This document shows, in pieces, positions 8,765 to 13,896 of a DNA stretch of 13,896 nt. How positions within the stretch are numbered: position 1 is the stretch's first letter; each line of letters opens with the position of its first letter. The DNA comes from Octopus sinensis (taxonomy: Eukaryota): positions 1-13,896 of the forward strand of contig NW_021825972.1 in assembly GCF_006345805.1 (NCBI RefSeq), written 5' to 3'. The notes below the pieces were generated by a model. That model saw nothing but the letters and a program-made list of their open reading frames with translations, made no database searches and was not told the DNA's origin. A program made the translations under genes and the position numbers.

Positions 8765-9012
8765 CACTGGGGATATATACAAACCAACACCGGTTATTCA
8801 GTGGTAGGCTCAATCCCACATATATATATATATACACACACACACGACGACCTTCTACACAGTTCCCGTCCATTAAATTCAGTCACAGAATCAAAGGTCG
8901 GCTCCGGGCTGCAGCCGCAGCCACTTGGGCCAACGTGTCCCGAAGCGGGACTGAAACCCGAACCACGTGGTAGGTTGCAAAACGAACTTCTTAACCACGC
9001 GGCCACGCCTGC
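8765..9012 (-). mobile_element. Second tRNA-derived SINE family (CORE/OR1-like head, internal microsatellite, start of the 3' module)
   Basis: The reverse complement gcaggcgTGGCCGCGTGGttaagaagttcg...GGTTTCAGTCCcg carries A and B boxes. It continues with CORE-like acgttggcccaagtg, then a (TG/TA)n, then ccactgaataaccggtgttggtttgtatatatcccc, which matches the modules at 2686-2810 and 4610-4810. Confidence 0.7.
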
Positions 9013-9177
9013 TCTTTACAGCGGTGGTAGCAAAATAAACATGGATTCAGCTGGAAATCGAATCCACAATATGGTCTCGCGATCTTGGAATTTCAGTCGG
9101 GTCAGGAATCTACCAGTAACGACGGAGGTTTGCAGTAGCACTATTTCAGAAGCTGTGCTTTACAGGTGGCGGGGCAT

Positions 9178-9230
<53 letters not shown>

Positions 9231-9231
9231 T

Positions 9232-9262
<31 letters not shown>

Positions 9263-9710
9263 TGTTTAGTAGTAGTAGTGATAGTAGTAGTAGTAGTGAT
9301 GGTGGTGGTGGTAGTAGTAGTAGTAGTAGTAATAGTGGTAGTAGTAGTGGTAGTAGTAGGGGTGGTGGCGGCGTCGGAGGAGGCTGTGGCGGTGACGACA
9401 GTGGTGGCAGTAGCGGTGGAAATGGCAGTGGTGGTAGTGGTGGTGGTGGTGGTGGTGGTGGTGATGGTGGTGGTGGTTGAGGTGTGGTTGGTTTACCTGT
9501 AATAGTAGTAGTAGTAGAGAAGGTAGTGGTGACAGGTAGTGGTTCCAGGAAGTAGTAGTTTAGTGATAGTAGGGTAGTAGGAGAAGCTGAAGGAGGAGTG
9601 GAAAGAAACGGTAGGAGGGGGGTGTCTTCTGGTTGTGGTGGTCGTGGTGGTGGTCGTGGTGGTGGTCGTGGTGGTAGCGGTGACGGGTTTGGTTTGTTAT
9701 CGTCGTTGTT
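9178..9710. repeat. (GTA)n/(GGT)n low-complexity block
   Basis: Direct inspection. The + strand is strongly G/T-skewed. Confidence 0.9.
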
Positions 9711-9768
9711 GGAGAAAAAGTGAGTTACGGAGAAAGAGAGAAAGAAAGCGGAAGAGAAATGAAGCCAG

Positions 9769-9945
9769 AGAGAGAGAGAGAGAGAGAGAAGAGAGAGAGA
9801 ATGTGTGTGTGTGTGTGTGTGTGTTTGAGTGTGTGTGTGTGTATGTTTCAATGTGTGTGTGTGTGTGTGTGTCTGTGTGTGTTTGAGTGTGTGTGTGTAT
9901 GTGTGTGTGTGTGTTTGGTGTTTGTTTTTGGTGTGTGTATGTGTG

Positions 9946-9980
<35 letters not shown>

Positions 9981-10050
9981 GCGTGTGTGTTTGAGTGTTT
10001 GTGTGTTTCTCTGTGTGTGTGTGTGTCTCTCTCTCTGTGAGTGAGAGAGA
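9769..10050. repeat. (GA)n followed by imperfect (TG)n
   Basis: Direct inspection. Confidence 0.95.
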
Positions 10051-10124
10051 TCAAAACATCTGTATTTTCCGGGTCTGTTTGAGAGGAAGAAGCAAGAAAT
10101 AGAAGCAACTAGCATGACAGCAAG

Positions 10125-10127
<3 letters not shown>

Positions 10128-10175
<48 letters not shown>

Positions 10176-10757
10176 TGTTGGTTGTTGTTGTTGTTGTTGT
10201 TGTAGTGGTGGGGGGGACAGTGCCGTTGGTGGCGGTTGTAGTAAATGTTAGGTGGAGGCAACGGTGACGGCAGCGGTGGTGGGGAAAGTAGCAGTAGTAG
10301 TATTGGGTGGTGGTGGTGGTGGTGGTGGTGGTGGTGGTAGTGGTGGTGCTGGTGGTGGTGGTGGTGGTAGTGGTGGTGGTGGTGGTGGTGGAGTCGGCAG
10401 TTATCAACATGAGCGATGCAAAACAGCAGCGAGGGAGGACCGAAGTGTCACGGCGGAGACGGAGGCGTGGCTGATGTTTACATGGACCATACTGGTTATA
10501 GTAGTAGTGGTGGTGGTGGTGGTGGTGGTGGTGTGGTGGTGAGGCGTTGCGGTGGTGGTGATGGTGGTGGTGGTGTGGTGGTGGTGGTGGTGGTTGGTGG
10601 TTGTGATGGTGGTATGGTGGTGGTGGTGGTGGTGGTGGTGGGGTGGTGGTGGTGATGGTGGTGGTGGTGGTGGTGGTGGTGGTGGTGGTGGTGGTGATGG
10701 TGGTGGTGGTGGTGGTGGTGGTGGTGGTGGTGAAGATAATCCAGTACCATCACCAGC

Positions 10758-10795
<38 letters not shown>

Positions 10796-11012
10796 AAGGA
10801 GTAGTAGTAGTAGTAGTAGTAGTAGTTACCTTTCGGTATGGTTTGGACCTGTTGCTGCTGGCGAAGGCAACAGTAGGGGTGGCGGTGGTAGTAGCGCTGG
10901 TGGAGATGATGAAGGTGGCGGAAGTTGTGATGGCGGCGGCGGCGGTGGTAGTGGGGGTGGTGGTGGTGGTGGTGGTGGTGGTGGTGGTGATGGTGGCGAC
11001 GGCTGCGACGGC
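10128..11012. repeat. (AGT)n/(TGT)n/(GGT)n low-complexity block upstream of, and possibly within, the GPCR N-terminus
   Basis: Direct inspection. Confidence 0.9.
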
Positions 11013-11221
11013 GGCGGAAATTTTGTAAGTATAGCCAGTCTGAGCGTGGCTGCAGCAAAAGCAGCAACTGAAGGTGTCCAGGGTGGCACGATCGCGGGGC
11101 CGAGGACAGCGGCTGCGGCGGCGGCGGCGAGGGTGGTGGTGGGTGCTGCGGCGGCGGCGGCGGCGGCAGCGTCGGACGTTAGCGGAAATGTGGTCGTCGC
11201 AACGGTGGACAACAGCGGTGT
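10416..11221 (+). other. Putative frameshifted N-terminal extension of the GPCR (Gly/Ser/Ala low-complexity ectodomain)
   Basis: ATG 10416 opens MQNSSEGGPKCHGGDGGVADVYMDHTGYSSSGGG. A second frame is stop-free from 10740 to 11372 (SSTITSSS..YLSVWFGPVAAGEGNSRGG..NFVSIASLSVAAAKAATEG..SDVSGNVVVATVDNSG). Adding single bases near 10740 (aat[t]cc) and 11220 (ggtg[g]tgac) joins these pieces to the 7TM frame. Further shifts are needed inside the (GGT)n at 10530-10650. Confidence 0.45.
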
Positions 11222-12688
11222 GACAACGACGACGACGACGACGACGACGGCTCAGCAGCAGCAGCAGCTACAGCAGCGGTTGGAGAATTCACAGGAGGAG
11301 CAGTCGACGATCTGGACCCTTATACGATATGGAACCCTGAGAAAGCTTACGCTGCCAGGGGTATATGCCTGATTCTGTTCGGAACGTTCGGAGTTTTACT
11401 GAATGCGTTTATTATCGTGGCGATTGTTCCGAATCGTCGGTTGAGGACCGTACGCAACATATTACTCGTTCATCTCGGTTTCATAGGACTCGCTTCATCT
11501 ATAACACTGACTCTGTACGCGGCCGTGGTAATATTTCACGGAGTATGGATCGGAGGAAGGTCTGCTTGCCATGCTTACGGTTTTGTACTCTCCGTATTTA
11601 CATTTGCTTCTGTTTGGACTATAACGGCGTTGAGTTGGGACAAATATCGGACCATCGCTTCCCCTTTACATCATTCCTTGTCGGCCAGCTTCCGTAAAAT
11701 GGCCGGCTGCTTCATCTTATTTTGGCTGGGAGCCGTTTCCCTATCCGTTCCACCGCTGACCGGTTATAGCCGATTCATCTTTGACAAAAACATGGCCATC
11801 TGCACCGTCGAACTGCGAGCCAGTACCGACCTCTGGTATTCGCTCGTCTACCTGTCGTCAGCCTTTGTGCTCCCTTTTGTCCTAATCACTTACTGTTACC
11901 TGCACATATTTCGTATAGCCAGGAACCAAAGCAGTCGAATAGCCGCCACGATGGTTCGAATGGTCAGCGTGATACAGGCACCGATCTCGTCGGCTCCACA
12001 AGCAGCTCTGTCAATTAAGGGCACCAAAGCCATATCGACCATATTGCAACTGACCGGAGCGTTTGCGTTCACCTATTTACCTTATTCAATGATACTGCTC
12101 TTTAAAATGCTGTTCACGTCTTCTCATATGGACAATGTGACCGTTGTGCTTGCAACGACCCTTTTTCAGGCAGCCCCATTGACTAACGCAGCCGTCTACG
12201 GCATCAGAAACAAAATCCTCCGCTCGTCGTTCAACCGCTACGCGCGGCGAAAGATGCAGGATTTTTGCTACAGAGACCATCGGCGTAGCAGTATACGTTC
12301 GGTGACGAAACGCCAGCCCTCAGCCCTCAAGCTCTCCTTGTTGCAGGGCCGACGCTGCGTTACGAGCGGAGTGATTTTACCCACGTATTACAGCGGAACC
12401 AGCGGTGGCGGCGGCGGCGGCAGTTGTGGCGGCAGCGTCCGTGGGGGTAGTGTCGGTGCTGGGGTTTGTGGTGGTGTCTGTTGTTATGACGATGCGGATG
12501 GTAACGCCGGCGGGGATACGAACCGTCATGCTCATGGATTACGTCGGACTCAGTCGTACCCGATCAAAACCCTTACGGAAGTTAACGGACTTTCTATCGG
12601 CATGTCACGGACTATTACGGGACCTTACCAACAACAGCATTCTCTGGTTAATTTGAACGATATCAATTCACTGACGCCAATTGAATAA
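11183..12688 (+). CDS. Class A (rhodopsin-like) 7TM GPCR, orphan GPR161/GPR101-like; 5' end incomplete (true start upstream)
   Basis: The frame of the 11417..12688 ORF stays open back to a TAG at 11180-11182 and adds TM1 (GICLILFGTFGVLLNAFIIVAIV, N1.50). All seven TMs are then present: C3.25 (SACHAYG), SWDKY at 11633-11647, W4.50 (FILFWLG..PPL), ECL2 Cys (FDKNMAIC), TM5 FVLPFVLITYCYLHIFRIAR, TM6 KAISTILQLTGAFAFTYLPY and TM7/H8 NAAVYGIRNKILR. From memory these segments resemble GPR161 (CYGFIFRVAR, KALITIL...GAF..TWGPY, YGLWNKTVR), but orthology is not established. No introns interrupt the 7TM region. Confidence 0.9.
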   Translation, partial: RKCGRRNGGQQRCDNDDDDDDDGSAAAAATAAVGEFTGGAVDDLDPYTIWNPEKAYAARGICLILFGTFGVLLNAFIIVAIVPNRRLRTVRNILLVHLGFIGLASSITLTLYAAVVIFHGVWIGGRSACHAYGFVLSVFTFASVWTITALSWDKYRTIASPLHHSLSASFRKMAGCFILFWLGAVSLSVPPLTGYSRFIFDKNMAICTVELRASTDLWYSLVYLSSAFVLPFVLITYCYLHIFRIARNQSSRIAATMVRMVSVIQAPISSAPQAALSIKGTKAISTILQLTGAFAFTYLPYSMILLFKMLFTSSHMDNVTVVLATTLFQAAPLTNAAVYGIRNKILRSSFNRYARRKMQDFCYRDHRRSSIRSVTKRQPSALKLSLLQGRRCVTSGVILPTYYSGTSGGGGGGSCGGSVRGGSVGAGVCGGVCCYDDADGNAGGDTNRHAHGLRRTQSYPIKTLTEVNGLSIGMSRTITGPYQQQHSLVNLNDINSLTPIE

Positions 12689-12689
12689 A
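12684..12689 (+). promoter_or_regulatory. Candidate polyadenylation signal AATAAA overlapping the GPCR stop codon
   Basis: The sequence gAATAAAa contains the TAA stop (12686-12688). A GT-rich tract begins about 60 nt downstream. Confidence 0.3.
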
Positions 12690-12749
12690 ACTTTGTGAAA
12701 GAGGAAATATTTCAACAAAAACAACTGAAAAAACAACATTTAACAAAAC

Positions 12750-12896
12750 GTGTGTGAACGTTTGTGTGTGCACGAGTTTGTGTGTGTGTGAGAGAGAGAC
12801 AGACAGAGACAGATAGACAGATGAGAATGAAAGAGAAATAGTGTGTGTGTGTGTGTGTGTGAGGAGAGAATGTGTGTGTGTGTATGTATGTGTAGA

Positions 12897-12928
<32 letters not shown>

Positions 12929-13150
12929 GGTGGAGATAATATGTATATGTGTGTGTGTTTGTGTGTGTGTGTATGAAAGGGTGAATGTGTGTGCGTGTAT
13001 GTGTACATGTGACAGAGGAGAGAGTGTGTGCGTGTGTGTGTGTGAGGAAGAATGAGTGTGTGTTTGTGTACATGTGAGAGACAGGCAGAGAGTGCATGCG
13101 TGTATGTGTGTATGTGTGTGTGTGTACATAAAAGAGAGAGAGAGAGAGAC
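12750..13150. repeat. Compound (TG)n/(GA)n microsatellite downstream of the GPCR
   Basis: Direct inspection. Confidence 0.9.
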
Positions 13151-13404
13151 AAACATTAAGAAAATAATTTTTTTAATATACAATCCGATGTTGATCATAA
13201 AAAAAAACACAAATTCACCCTCAAAAGGCTAAAAAAATAATATTTACCAAAATTAAAAAAAAAAAACTCCATTACTTCCATCCTTGGACATTGGACACAA
13301 ATAGAAATTATAAAAAAAAAAAACGAGAGGAAAGGTTGGTCAGAATTTGAACTTTTAATGATTTTATTTACGCACGCACGGACGCTCGCACACGCACAGG
13401 AAAT

Positions 13405-13447
13405 ACATATAAGTATGTATGTATTTATGTATATATATATATATAAA

Positions 13448-13502
<55 letters not shown>

Positions 13503-13545
13503 TATATATATATATATATATATATAAAAAATATATATATATATG

Positions 13546-13579
<34 letters not shown>

Positions 13580-13840
13580 ATATATATATACATCTATATA
13601 TATATCTATATATATATCTATATATATATATGTATAGTATATGTACGTATAAGTATGTATGTATATACGTGCATAAAAATGCAGATGTGTGCATGTGTAT
13701 ATATGTAATTAAATAATATATTTCTGAAGAATCGTGTGTGCGAGTGTGCGTGCGTGCGAGTGTACATGTGTGTGTGTGTGTGTGCGTTAGTGTGTGTATG
13801 TCAGTGTGTATGTGTATGTGCGTGTGTGTGTGTGTGTGCG
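13405..13840. repeat. Compound (TA)n/(TG)n microsatellite
   Basis: Direct inspection. Confidence 0.95.
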
Positions 13841-13896
13841 TACCTATAAAGTTCCAAATATATTTAAATATATTTAATTGTATGCTCGTGCGTTAT

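Noticed and set aside
7435-9012. tRNA genes at the A/B-box motifs
   Set aside because: No cloverleaf can be formed. The boxes are heads of multi-copy SINEs continuing into shared body sequence.
9042-9066. Hairpin tggattc..gaatcca with a B-box-like reverse complement
   Set aside because: The stem is only 7 bp and there is no convincing A box or second copy, so it is compatible with chance or a very old SINE remnant.
9231-11212. Pro/Thr/His-rich minus-strand ORFs (extensin- or mucin-like) and poly-Val ORFs
   Set aside because: These are translations of (ACC)n, (ACT)n and (CA)n microsatellites with no domain content.
11417-11419. GTG as the GPCR start codon, as in the ORF track
   Set aside because: It lies at the end of TM1 and the frame continues upstream with the rest of TM1. 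A GTG start is a prokaryotic-style call.
11183-12688. Opsin or aminergic receptor identity for the GPCR
   Set aside because: Position 7.43 is Gln (LFQAAPLTNAAVY), not the retinal-binding Lys. Position 3.32 is Leu, not the amine-binding Asp.

Overview
This is eukaryotic, repeat-saturated DNA. The microsatellite mix and the tRNA-SINE families suggest an octopus (coleoid cephalopod) genome, which is an inference. The only clear host gene is an uninterrupted class A (rhodopsin-family) GPCR on the + strand ending at 12688. It most resembles the GPR161/GPR101 orphan group, but its activation motifs are non-canonical (DKY, FTYLP, NAAVY, Gly at 2.50). Its reading frame is open from 11183, upstream of the ORF track's GTG, with no in-frame ATG. 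A long Gly/Ser/Ala-rich N-terminus can be rebuilt across apparent 1-bp deletions back to about 10416. Mobile DNA includes: a 5'-truncated R4/Dong-clade non-LTR retrotransposon sitting inside a (TAA)n microsatellite; several tRNA-derived SINEs, two insertions with clear TSDs and one a head-to-tail dimer; a hAT/Charlie-like MITE; the 3' end of a Tc1-like element; a ~1 kb element with ~340-bp direct repeats; and a short repeat carrying a minimal hammerhead-ribozyme-like motif. Most short ORFs in the track are microsatellite artefacts.
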